From: Candidatus Omnitrophota bacterium
GTDB lineage: Bacteria; Omnitrophota; Gorgyraeia; Zapsychrales; Zapsychraceae
Assembly (NCBI GenBank): GCA_028280285.1
Contig: JANQMA010000024.1
Location: forward strand, 117-64,116
DNA: 64,000 nucleotides
Direction of reading: 5' to 3'
Below, one piece after another: positions 34,420 through 43,847 of the stretch (the first letter of the stretch is position 1; every line of letters begins with the position of its first letter). Made by a program: the position numbers and the translations under genes. Under the pieces are notes generated by a model. That model searched no databases. It saw nothing but the letters and a program-made list of their open reading frames with translations, and was not told the origin of the DNA.

Positions 34420-37104
34420 ATGAAACTTAAAGCAAAACTTACTATAAGTCACCTTATTGTTGCGGTCCTTTCCGTTGTTATTATTTCTATTATCTTTTCA
34501 TTCCAGATTAAAAAGAATCTATTTGAGGGGGCATTTGAGCGTTTGTCTCATACGGCCGAATTTGAGTATGAGTATATGAATTTGCTTATTGAGCAGAATA
34601 TAGAACGTTTAAAAGGGGTGAGCAGTCGCACACAACTGCGCATTAGTTTAGACAAATTTTTAAAAGAGGGCGATGAGGCGACGCTTAAGAAAGTGGCTAA
34701 GATTTTAGATGACGCGAACAGATCCATTGAGGATTTCGCGTACATTAAAATATGTAGTTTAGACGGCAAGATCATTTATAGTACCAATCAAGACTATAAG
34801 CCCATGAAGCATCTCGCGGATTTTTTGCCTCGCTCAAAAGAAAAAAATCTTCTCGATATTATTATCAATCAAGATGGGGTGCTCAAAACATATTTAGCCG
34901 GCCCTTTAATTTTTAACAATGAGATTATCGGGGGCGTGGTCATTGAATTAAAGAATAATATCACTGATATTTTGACTGCCCATGCCGAAGACGTTGGGAG
35001 GACTGGTGAAATTATTTTAGCCAAGCGTTTTGATGAGAAAAATATTCAAATTATATCCCCACGGCGTTTCAGTAAAAAGAAGAAGTCTAAGCTTTTAGCC
35101 ATTGAAAAAGTGAAAGATAAACCCTTAATGCGGGCATTGCGTGGGCAAGAGGGATTAACGGAAGATGTTGTAGATTATAGAGGTAATCATGTCATGGTGT
35201 ATGCCAGGTACTTTCCCAAACAAGAGTGGGGAATGATTATCAAGATTGATTTAAGCGAAATTTACGCATCGATTACAGATATTATTTTTTATATTTTTAT
35301 TGTATTCTTGGTGATAGTGCTTTTGGCAGTACTCTTGTCTTTTATTGCCTCTAGAAATCTAGCGGATCCTCTTATCCAATTGACCGGCCGGATCAAGAGT
35401 TTGGCGAAAGGGGAGTTTGACCGGAAAGTCCCTGTCACCGGTGATGAAGATGAGGTCACTGATTTGGGTAAGGAATTTAACAATATGTTGGACCAATTGA
35501 AAACTATCACAGCGTCGAGAGATGAGTATGATACGATGAGAAAGAAGGCTGAGACGGCCGCTAAGGCGAAGAGTGATTTTTTAGCGAATATGTCCCATGA
35601 AATCCGCACACCCATGAATGCTATTTTAGGTTTTAGTCATTTGCTTGAAAAAACACCTCTGAGTGAAAAACAGAAAAGTTATATTCATTCTGTTCAAAGC
35701 AGCGGCAAACTTTTGATCGGGATTATTGATGACATATTAGATATTTCTAAACTAGAATCGGGAAAAATAAATTTAGAAATTGTGGATTTTAACCTCGAGG
35801 AGACGATCCATGATGTCTTTCAGATGGTTGTAACAAGAATGAAGGATAATCCATTCGATACCTATGTGGATATTGCAGAAGATGTACCTGCATTTTTAAA
35901 GGGTGATCCAACGCGGATTAAGCAAGTCTTTGTGAATTTATTAGGTAATGCCATTAAATTTACAACCGACGGAGAAATAGGGGTACTGGTTAAAAAGGCC
36001 GGACACCAACCATTCGACGATAAATTAAATCTACATTTTACCGTCAAGGACACGGGTGTGGGGATTGCCAAGGACAAACAAGCTAAAATTTTCGAATCCT
36101 TCTCGCAAGCCGATGAGTCAACCACAAGAAAATTTGGGGGCACTGGTTTAGGGCTGACGATTACAAAGGCATTGGTTGAAGCAATGGGTGGTCAAATTTG
36201 GGTTGAGTCTGAAGTGGATCAAGGGAGTGAGTTTATTTTTACATTGCCGCTCGAAAAGTCTGAAAGCACGATACAGCCATTAGAGTGTCCGGGGATAGTT
36301 AAAGATAAGACAGTATTTATCGTCGATGATAATCAGACTGCGCTCAAAATAATCGAACGGTGTTGTGTGGTATTAGACTTAAAAGTTATTGGAATCAGTG
36401 CTTCTCCACAAGAGGCCTTACATAAGCTGGATAAAATCATCAATACTAAAGGCATTGTGCCCGACATTATCCTTAGTGACATTATTATGGAAGGCATGAG
36501 CGGTTTTCAAATGGTTGCAAAGATCAAGGCCAATGACCGTTTTAACAATACAGTCTTTATTGCGGTGACGGCAGACATTAATGCCGAAACACATTATGAT
36601 CCCAATAATCAATTATTTAACGCCTATGTGATAAAACCGGTTTCGGCTAAGGCCTTGACGAATGCTTTTCGTAGTGTTTTAGGGCCAAGTGTTCAGGGGC
36701 AAATCGATGACACAGAAGATAATGATCTATCCGGTTCATGTAAAGGCATAAAAGTTTTAGTTGTAGAGGATGTTATGACTAATCAGATTCTTATAGAAGA
36801 ATATTTTCATCAATTAGGTTGTGAAGGAAAATTTGCGGAGAATGGCCAACAAGCTATTGATCAATTAAAAGAAAGCACCGATTATAATTTGTGTCTCATG
36901 GATCTGCAAATGCCGGTTATGGGTGGGGTGGAGGCGACAAAAATTATCCGCAAAGAAATCTCCAAAGATTTGCCGATTATTGCGTTAACCGCGGCTGTGC
37001 TGGAAGAAGACAAAGAAAAAGCCGAAGAGTCCGGCATGAACGGGTTTTTAGCCAAACCTATCGATATCGAAAAACTCAAAGATATTATTTTGAAGTACAG
37101 ATAG
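34420..37104 (+). CDS. Hybrid sensor histidine kinase/response regulator (periplasmic Cache-like sensor, HAMP, HisKA, HATPase_c, 2 REC)
   Basis: H-box SHEIRTPMNAILGF. N/G boxes. Two receiver domains. Paralogous to 51759-55025. Confidence 0.85.
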   Translation: MKLKAKLTISHLIVAVLSVVIISIIFSFQIKKNLFEGAFERLSHTAEFEYEYMNLLIEQNIERLKGVSSRTQLRISLDKFLKEGDEATLKKVAKILDDANRSIEDFAYIKICSLDGKIIYSTNQDYKPMKHLADFLPRSKEKNLLDIIINQDGVLKTYLAGPLIFNNEIIGGVVIELKNNITDILTAHAEDVGRTGEIILAKRFDEKNIQIISPRRFSKKKKSKLLAIEKVKDKPLMRALRGQEGLTEDVVDYRGNHVMVYARYFPKQEWGMIIKIDLSEIYASITDIIFYIFIVFLVIVLLAVLLSFIASRNLADPLIQLTGRIKSLAKGEFDRKVPVTGDEDEVTDLGKEFNNMLDQLKTITASRDEYDTMRKKAETAAKAKSDFLANMSHEIRTPMNAILGFSHLLEKTPLSEKQKSYIHSVQSSGKLLIGIIDDILDISKLESGKINLEIVDFNLEETIHDVFQMVVTRMKDNPFDTYVDIAEDVPAFLKGDPTRIKQVFVNLLGNAIKFTTDGEIGVLVKKAGHQPFDDKLNLHFTVKDTGVGIAKDKQAKIFESFSQADESTTRKFGGTGLGLTITKALVEAMGGQIWVESEVDQGSEFIFTLPLEKSESTIQPLECPGIVKDKTVFIVDDNQTALKIIERCCVVLDLKVIGISASPQEALHKLDKIINTKGIVPDIILSDIIMEGMSGFQMVAKIKANDRFNNTVFIAVTADINAETHYDPNNQLFNAYVIKPVSAKALTNAFRSVLGPSVQGQIDDTEDNDLSGSCKGIKVLVVEDVMTNQILIEEYFHQLGCEGKFAENGQQAIDQLKESTDYNLCLMDLQMPVMGGVEATKIIRKEISKDLPIIALTAAVLEEDKEKAEESGMNGFLAKPIDIEKLKDIILKYR

Positions 37105-37383
37105 TGCCTGTAAACAGCGCCACTTACAAATTAGTACATGATCCGTACATAACCAATCTGGGTTGTTTAATTCCTCCTTTCATTTATGATAAGACTATAA
37201 TGCCTCATCTGTTGAGTGAAGCCGGTAGTGCGGTATTTTTTTTACGAAATTGCTTGTGTTTTAGATTTAAAAAGGAATAATAACTGTATAGGATCATAAA
37301 TTACTGAAAACAAACAAGATAGAAAAAAATCAGTTTCAAAAAGAATAAAGTCACTCTGTTATGTGACCGACGGAGAGTAAGAA

Positions 37384-38154
37384 ATGAGTAATGCGAAGCT
37401 GCTGATTGTTGAGGATGAAGAACTAGTCTTAGAGATAATGTCGCAAAAGGCTGAGGAAAGAAAATACCAGGTTGTTACCGCAACAAATGGTGAAGAAGCA
37501 TGGCAGAAAATTCAAAGTGATCATCCGGCCGTCATTATTATGGATCTTGAGATTCCCGAAATCGATGGAATAAGCCTTTTAGAAAAATTAAAACAGGAAT
37601 ATCCACACAGCATCCCTCCTCGCGTCATTGTTGTCTCCGGTCACGATGCAGAGACTTTTAAACATAAAACAAATTCTTTAGAAGTTGATTGTTATCTTCA
37701 AAAACCGTGTGACCTCGATGTTATATTTGAAGCCGTCGAGTCGTCTTCTTATCAGAAACAAAAAGACTTTCATATATCCAACCGCGAGGCGACCAAAGTA
37801 TTAATTATTGACGATGATCATGGTGATCAGTTTTTAATCAAGGAAGTTCTTCAGAGAGAAGGCTTCCGCAACCTTTCTTTGGCTTCAAATGGAGAGGAAG
37901 GAATTGAAAAGATAAGACGCGAGAGACCGGATATTGCAATTGTTGATACCATTTTACCTGATATAAGCGGTTTGGAGCTTTGCCAGAGTGTTAAAAATTT
38001 ATCTGATACAAAAACAATTGTTATTGTCATTACAGGAGATGTTGACGCGGTCGATATCAAAGGTGTTAATGCAGCAGGAGGGTTTGACTCCGTTGTCAAA
38101 ACACCTGACTACGGCCTTTTGGTCGAAGCTATGAAAAAAATTCAACTAGGGTAG
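37384..38154 (+). CDS. Response regulator with two receiver domains and no output domain
   Basis: LLIVEDEELVLEI ... IMDLEIPEIDG and KVLIIDDDHGDQFLIKEVL ... VDTILPDISG. Confidence 0.8.
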   Translation: MSNAKLLIVEDEELVLEIMSQKAEERKYQVVTATNGEEAWQKIQSDHPAVIIMDLEIPEIDGISLLEKLKQEYPHSIPPRVIVVSGHDAETFKHKTNSLEVDCYLQKPCDLDVIFEAVESSSYQKQKDFHISNREATKVLIIDDDHGDQFLIKEVLQREGFRNLSLASNGEEGIEKIRRERPDIAIVDTILPDISGLELCQSVKNLSDTKTIVIVITGDVDAVDIKGVNAAGGFDSVVKTPDYGLLVEAMKKIQLG

Positions 38155-38184
38155 GAGACATATTAGCTTGACCATTTTTCTTTT

Positions 38185-39273
38185 ATGAAAAATGTAGACT
38201 TCCATACCGATCCGCGGCTTTTTGAGCATGCCGTGGAATCTGCTCCCAATGCCATGATCATGGTTGATGCTGAAGGCATCATCATCCTTATCAATAAACA
38301 AACAGAAAATTTATTCGGTTACACACGCAACGAACTTATTTCAGAGCGTGTTGATAAGCTTGTCCCTGTGCAATTTCGTGACAAGCATCCGCAACACCGT
38401 GATAATTTTTTGCATAATCCCGCAACGCGGTCTATGGGGGCCGGCAGGGATTTGTATGGATTAAGGAAAGATGGTACGGAGGTGCCGATTGAGATCGGGC
38501 TTAGTCCGGTTAAAACAGAAGATGGATTTTTTGTTTTGGCGTCTATTGTTGATATTACGGAACGTAAAAAAGCTGAAGAAGAGATTATCAGATCCAATCA
38601 GGAGCTTGAACAATTTGCCTACGTTGCCTCGCATGACTTGCTCGAACCTGTCCGCAAAATCGTTGGCTTTACACAGCTTTTTGCCAAATCTTTTGATGCG
38701 CCTATTGAAGGCAAGTCAGAAGAATATATGGATTATGTTATTGATGGAGCCAAAAGGATGCAGGTCTTAATCGAAGATTTATTGCAATATTCCCGGGCAG
38801 GAACAACAGAATTGGATTTTCAAGATGTTGATCTGAATGTTGTTTTACAGGAGGTCGAAGAGAACCTTGAGTTGAGTATTAAAGAAACCAATGCTGAAAT
38901 TCGGTACAACAAGCTACCGGTGATTAAAGCCCATAAAAGTTTTATGGTCCGGTTGTTTCAAAATCTGATTAATAATTCACTCAAATACCGTTCGGATGCA
39001 GCGCCGCATATTGAAATTTATGCTAATCAAAAGACAAGGGAGTGGGAGTTTGTTGTGGCTGATAATGGGTTGGGTATTGACCCGGAGCACGCGCAGCGTA
39101 TTTTTATCATTTTTCAGCGTCTGCACGGTAAAAGCGAATATTCAGGGACAGGCATTGGACTGGCCGTGTGCCGAAGAATGGTGGAGCGGCATAATGGTAA
39201 AATGTGGCTGGATACATCAAGTGATCGACACGGCTCAACATTTAAATTTACAATACCTTTTGAAATAGTTTGA
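38185..39273 (+). CDS. PAS-domain sensor histidine kinase
   Basis: PAS (IMVDAEGIIILINKQTENLFGY), H-box ASHDLLEPVRKI, and HATPase G1/G2 boxes. Confidence 0.85.
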   Translation: MKNVDFHTDPRLFEHAVESAPNAMIMVDAEGIIILINKQTENLFGYTRNELISERVDKLVPVQFRDKHPQHRDNFLHNPATRSMGAGRDLYGLRKDGTEVPIEIGLSPVKTEDGFFVLASIVDITERKKAEEEIIRSNQELEQFAYVASHDLLEPVRKIVGFTQLFAKSFDAPIEGKSEEYMDYVIDGAKRMQVLIEDLLQYSRAGTTELDFQDVDLNVVLQEVEENLELSIKETNAEIRYNKLPVIKAHKSFMVRLFQNLINNSLKYRSDAAPHIEIYANQKTREWEFVVADNGLGIDPEHAQRIFIIFQRLHGKSEYSGTGIGLAVCRRMVERHNGKMWLDTSSDRHGSTFKFTIPFEIV

Positions 39274-39302
39274 AAAGTGAAAAAGTAAAGGAGAGATAAA
39301 TA

Positions 39303-39746
39303 ATGGCTACTGGAAATCCGGTTGAAATTTTGCTCGTTGATGATGATGCGGGTGATGTTGAGATGACACGCGAATCGCTTAAGAATTCAAAATTACATGT
39401 GCATTTGAGTCATGTTTCCGATGGGCAGGAATGTATGGAGTATTTAAGACGGACGGGGAAATATGAAGAAGCGAGAAAGCCGGATATGGTCTTACTTGAT
39501 CTCAACATGCCCCGTAAAGATGGCCGACAGGTATTGGAAGAAATGAAAAAAGATCAATATTTAAAAAAAATCCCGACTGTTATTTTGACAACATCCGGAG
39601 CCGAGGCCGATGTTAATCAAACGTATGACCTGGGGGCTAATTGTTACATTAAAAAGCCTATTGATTTTGAACAATTTAAAAAAGTGGTTAATGAGATTGC
39701 TGATTTTTGGTTTACGGTTGTTAAACTGCCAAACGGCGATAACTAA
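39303..39746 (+). CDS. Single-domain response regulator (CheY-like)
   Basis: ILLVDDDAGDVEMTRESL ... VLLDLNMPRKDG ... KKPI. Confidence 0.85.
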   Translation: MATGNPVEILLVDDDAGDVEMTRESLKNSKLHVHLSHVSDGQECMEYLRRTGKYEEARKPDMVLLDLNMPRKDGRQVLEEMKKDQYLKKIPTVILTTSGAEADVNQTYDLGANCYIKKPIDFEQFKKVVNEIADFWFTVVKLPNGDN

Positions 39747-39758
39747 GTACAATACATT

Positions 39759-41165
39759 ATGGAAACATTACTCTTAGAAGATGACCTTGGTGATGTGGCA
39801 TTACTTCAAGCTGCTTTAAATGAAGTGAATGATCAGATGGATAATCATATCACCCATGTTGAGCGGCTTAAGCAGGCGCTTGAGAAACTGAGCATCAAAC
39901 GTTTTGATGTGGCCCTGGTTGATCTTTCTGTTCCGGATAGCCACGGGATGAATACGGTCAAGACATTAATCGCCGAAGCGCCATCTTTACCGGTGGTTGT
40001 TTTAACGGGTAATGCGGATGAATCACTCGGCATTGAGGCGGTTAACTTAGGCGCTCAGGATTTTTTAACAAAAAATCAATTAGATGGAACAATGCTTTCC
40101 CGGACATTACGTTATGCGATTGAACGGAAAAAAATGGTCGAGCGGCTTAAAGAATCGAAGGACCAACTGCACATCGAAAAGGTTAAACTGGAAGAGATCC
40201 TGGATATCGAGCAAGGACTAAACGGCATTGTTCATTTGGATAAACTTATTAATTTTGTTGTTAAAAAGACTAGTGAAGTCCTTAACGCGAATAAATGTTC
40301 ACTGATTTTTATTAATGAGGCAACAAAAGAATTGGTCATTAAAGGTTCTATAGGTTTGGAACAACAGGTAGTCAACAATAATACTTTAAATATGCAAGAT
40401 TCGATCACAGGTCTTGTGGTCGAAGAGGGGCTTCCGGTTCTTGTGGCGGATATAGAGACTGATTTGCGTTTTTTAAGAAAAAATAGACGTTCTTACAGTG
40501 GTAAATCATTTATGAGTGTGCCGATCAAATTAGGCGACGATATTCTGGGCGTTTTGAATGTCGCTGATAACAATTTGGAAGAAGTAAACGTTTTTACGAA
40601 AGTTGATTTAAAAGTGCTTATTATGATTGCCCGTCAGGTGGCGGTGGCCATGGAAAACGCTAAGCTTTATAAGGAGCTCAATTATTTGACGATCACTGAT
40701 CCTTTGACGGATATGTATAATTTTCGTCATTTTTCTAAAACACTTGATCAAGAGATTCACCGCTTACGACGTCATGGACGGCCATTGTGTCTGTTACTTA
40801 TCGATGTGGATGATTTTAAAACTTATAATGATACATATGGGCATTTATCGGGGGATGCCTTGCTGCAAAATTTAAGCAGGGTTTTTAAAGAGAATACACG
40901 CCAGATCGATATTGCCTGCCGCTATGCCGGAGATGAATTTGTGGTGATATTACCGGAGACCAATGTGGCCCAGGCCAAGATTGTTGCTCAGAAAATTAAA
41001 CGCAAAGTAGAAGAGCTTAAACTCAAAAGGAAGGTAACGCTGAGTATCGGTATTGCGGGTTGCACCAAAGAAATGGACCGCCATGCCCTGGTTCAAAAGG
41101 CGGATGAAGCTTTATATGAGGCCAAAAAGATCGGCAAAAACAGAGTCCATGCTTCCGAAAATTAA
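39759..41165 (+). CDS. Response regulator with REC, GAF and GGDEF (diguanylate cyclase) domains. The active-site motif is the AGDEF variant
   Basis: Receiver ALVDLSVPDSHG. GAF region. The GGDEF domain carries RYAGDEFVV instead of GG(D/E)EF. Confidence 0.8.
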   Translation: METLLLEDDLGDVALLQAALNEVNDQMDNHITHVERLKQALEKLSIKRFDVALVDLSVPDSHGMNTVKTLIAEAPSLPVVVLTGNADESLGIEAVNLGAQDFLTKNQLDGTMLSRTLRYAIERKKMVERLKESKDQLHIEKVKLEEILDIEQGLNGIVHLDKLINFVVKKTSEVLNANKCSLIFINEATKELVIKGSIGLEQQVVNNNTLNMQDSITGLVVEEGLPVLVADIETDLRFLRKNRRSYSGKSFMSVPIKLGDDILGVLNVADNNLEEVNVFTKVDLKVLIMIARQVAVAMENAKLYKELNYLTITDPLTDMYNFRHFSKTLDQEIHRLRRHGRPLCLLLIDVDDFKTYNDTYGHLSGDALLQNLSRVFKENTRQIDIACRYAGDEFVVILPETNVAQAKIVAQKIKRKVEELKLKRKVTLSIGIAGCTKEMDRHALVQKADEALYEAKKIGKNRVHASEN

Positions 41166-41190
41166 GGAAGAAAAATTTTTTAAAAAATAC

Positions 41191-41206
41191 TTGACCGATC
41201 GGTCAA
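41191..41206. promoter_or_regulatory. Perfect 16-bp palindrome TTGACCGATCGGTCAA, putative TetR operator overlapping the tetR promoter (TTGACC-17-TATTCT)
   Basis: An identical palindrome lies at 41856-41871. Confidence 0.6.
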
Positions 41207-41225
41207 ATGGTGTTATTCTAAAACC

Positions 41226-41837
41226 ATGATGAAAGATTGCCAAACAAAATACAGGATCATGGAAACGGCGATAGAGCTCATTTGGCAAAGCAGCTACGAC
41301 GGGGTAGGCGTCAGTGATATCTGCAAAAAGGCCAAGGTTAATAAGGGAAGCTTTTACCACTTTTTCCCTTCCAAAGAGGTCCTGGCGATTGAGGCGATGG
41401 AGGAACACTGGAAATGCGTCCAGCCCATGTTGGACCAGGTTTTCTCACCGCAGAAAGATCCGGTTGAGCGGCTGATGGATTATTGCGATCATAGCCTGCA
41501 AAAGCAGATAGAAAAAAAGGAAGAGCTTGGCTATGTCTGCGGCTGCCCATTTACCACAGTCGGCATGGAAAAATGCGGGCAAAGCGAAGCGATCCGGCAA
41601 ACCGTTGAGAAGCTGTTCGGACAGATGAAGAAATACTTTGCCAGCGCGATTAAAGATGCGGCGGATGAAGGGATGATCAGCGTTAAAAGTGTTCCCAAAA
41701 AAACGAATGAACTCTATACCTTTTACTTGGGGGCCTTAACCCAGGCCAGGATAACCAATGATTTACAGATTGTGTCGAATTTAAAACAAGAATTTAAGGA
41801 TTTACTCGGTATTACCAAAGAAACAGCAAAGGCATAA
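41226..41837 (+). CDS. TetR/AcrR-family transcriptional repressor
   Basis: N-terminal HTH YRIMETAIELIWQSSYDGVGVSDICKKAKVNKGSFYHFFPSKE. Confidence 0.85.
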   Translation: MMKDCQTKYRIMETAIELIWQSSYDGVGVSDICKKAKVNKGSFYHFFPSKEVLAIEAMEEHWKCVQPMLDQVFSPQKDPVERLMDYCDHSLQKQIEKKEELGYVCGCPFTTVGMEKCGQSEAIRQTVEKLFGQMKKYFASAIKDAADEGMISVKSVPKKTNELYTFYLGALTQARITNDLQIVSNLKQEFKDLLGITKETAKA

Positions 41838-41855
41838 ATTTTTTTAACCAAAAAT

Positions 41856-41871
41856 TTGACCGATCGGTCAA
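41856..41871. promoter_or_regulatory. Second copy of the TTGACCGATCGGTCAA operator, 22 bp upstream of the thioredoxin/HtrA/RND efflux gene cluster
   Basis: Identical to 41191-41206. The flanks AAAAWTTGACCGATCGGTCAAW are also conserved. Confidence 0.6.
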
Positions 41872-41892
41872 TAAAAATCAAGGAGAAGAGCA

Positions 41893-42135
41893 ATGAATAC
41901 ACAAACATTAAACCAAACACAGCTAAACGAAACACAAACAGCCGGCTTTGATTTAACCACTTTGAAAATAACAGCCTTGCAATACCTGAAAGAGGTCAGC
42001 GAAAAAGAAGACTATGAGAAAATGGGCGAAATTGTTAAATATGCCCGTGAATTCGGGGCCAAGGATTATGAAATCCTAATAAGCACCATGAGTGCGTTTG
42101 ACCCTGAATATATTAAGGGAGAATACAGACGATGA
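41893..42135 (+). CDS. Small hypothetical protein (80 aa)
   Basis: RBS AAGGAGaagagcaATG. Confidence 0.45.
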   Translation: MNTQTLNQTQLNETQTAGFDLTTLKITALQYLKEVSEKEDYEKMGEIVKYAREFGAKDYEILISTMSAFDPEYIKGEYRR

Positions 42136-42398
42136 AAAATATAAAGCGGTTTTTAATTGTTATATTCATATTGGCAACAGCTGCGGCTTCCAACAGTTTT
42201 GCCATGATGCAGGATGTGACATTTAAGGGAGATGCCAATGTAAACCGGTTCATTGTTGAGCTTTTGCGTGAACAACGCCTGAGCGAAAATAAAAAACAAA
42301 CGAAGCAAACGAAACAAAAGAAGAAATTGATTTTAAATCATCAGCTTGTTCAAGACAGTAAGGAGGTTAATCATGAACGCACTCATACAAACAGTTAA
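42132..42398 (+). CDS. Small secreted hypothetical protein with a signal peptide and KQTKQTKQKKK repeat
   Basis: Signal peptide MKNIKRFLIVIFILATAAASNSFA. Confidence 0.4.
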   Translation: MKNIKRFLIVIFILATAAASNSFAMMQDVTFKGDANVNRFIVELLREQRLSENKKQTKQTKQKKKLILNHQLVQDSKEVNHERTHTNS

Positions 42399-42705
42399 TC
42401 ATAATAATTTTAATACAGACGTAAAAGAATCAAACATTCCGGTCCTTGTCGATTTCTGGGCTGAGTGGTGCGCTCCTTGCCGTGCTCAGAATCCTATATT
42501 GGAAGAGCTGGCCGATGAACTGCAAGGAAAGCTAACGGTTGCCAAAGTGAATGTGGATGACAATCAACAATTAGCCGAACAGCACGATATCACAAGTATT
42601 CCAACGATGTCTGTGTTTCAAGGAGGCGAAGTTGTGCACCGGTTCGTCGGTGTTCAATCAAAGGATCAGTTATTATCGGCTTTTAATGAGCTTAACTTAA
42701 TTTAA
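42373..42705 (+). CDS. trxA: Thioredoxin
   Basis: WAEWCAPCRA active site. SD GTAAGGAGGttaatcATG. Confidence 0.85.
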   Translation: MNALIQTVNHNNFNTDVKESNIPVLVDFWAEWCAPCRAQNPILEELADELQGKLTVAKVNVDDNQQLAEQHDITSIPTMSVFQGGEVVHRFVGVQSKDQLLSAFNELNLI

Positions 42706-42719
42706 TAGAGAAGAGGTAC

Positions 42720-43754
42720 ATGATGCAAAGAATACACAAGTTTCTATCCGATATTGATAAAAAAATAAAACAAGAAGATCAACTGAATAGCACTAAAGAA
42801 AAAACAGCAAACGAAGATAATAATCTTTTGGATGCGTATTCAAAAGCTGTGGTTGATGTGGTTGATAAGATCGGTCCGGCCGTTGTCAGTATTAATGTAG
42901 GCTGGCGTATTGAAGAACACGGCATGCAGCGCGGTGGTGCCGGTTCAGGCGTTATCTTCGCGCCGGACGGCTATATCTTAACCAACAGTCATGTGGTCCA
43001 TAATGCGACGCAGCTGTCCGTTGTCCTTAATAATGGCAAAACATATGAAGCCGAATTAGTCGGTGATGATCCGGCGACAGACTTGGCGGTCATTCGTGTG
43101 CAGGCCAATAATTTGCCGTTTGCGCGCATCGGGGATTCCGATTCCTTGCGGGTTGGACAGCTGGCGATTGCTATCGGAAACCCTTTAGGTTTTCAATCAA
43201 CGGTTTCAACCGGGGTTGTCAGCGCGACAGGCCGTCACTTAAGATCACAGCAAGGCCGGCTGATCGAAAATATTGTCCAGCATACGGCTCCGCTTAATCC
43301 GGGTAATTCCGGCGGGCCTTTGGTTGATTCCAAGGGGCAGGTGATCGGGATCAATGTGGCGATCATTCATATGGCGCAGGGTTTGAGTTTTGCCATTCCG
43401 GCCAACACGGCGAAATGGGTTGTTTCGCAGATTCTTTTGCACGGCCGTGTCAAACGCGGTTATTTAGGGATCGCCGGCCGGAAAGTTCCGGTGGATCAAC
43501 GTTTAAATCAATTCTACACATTGGAAAATAAATCTGCCGTCCATATCGAACATGTGGAAGGCAATTCACCGGCGGACCGGATCGGTTTAAGGGAATACGA
43601 CTTAATCGTTGCGGCTGAGGGCGAGGCCATCAATGACGTCGATGATCTTCATCGATTTCTGTCGCAATGGCCGCTCGGCAGACCGTTCACACTGACAATT
43701 ATCAGAAACGATGAGTTGCATGATGCCGATATTGTCCCGGTTGAGGCTTTATAG
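42720..43754 (+). CDS. HtrA/DegP-family trypsin-like serine protease with a C-terminal PDZ domain
   Basis: Catalytic triad context TNSHVV ... D ... GNSGGPL. The PDZ-like C-terminus is present. Confidence 0.8.
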   Translation: MMQRIHKFLSDIDKKIKQEDQLNSTKEKTANEDNNLLDAYSKAVVDVVDKIGPAVVSINVGWRIEEHGMQRGGAGSGVIFAPDGYILTNSHVVHNATQLSVVLNNGKTYEAELVGDDPATDLAVIRVQANNLPFARIGDSDSLRVGQLAIAIGNPLGFQSTVSTGVVSATGRHLRSQQGRLIENIVQHTAPLNPGNSGGPLVDSKGQVIGINVAIIHMAQGLSFAIPANTAKWVVSQILLHGRVKRGYLGIAGRKVPVDQRLNQFYTLENKSAVHIEHVEGNSPADRIGLREYDLIVAAEGEAINDVDDLHRFLSQWPLGRPFTLTIIRNDELHDADIVPVEAL

Positions 43755-43847
43755 GAGCAGGGGATTATTTACTAGTATAAATACTAATATCTTTCTATAA
43801 TAGGCGCCGTTGTGAAAATATTAATACAGTTAAACTGAGGTCAACTT

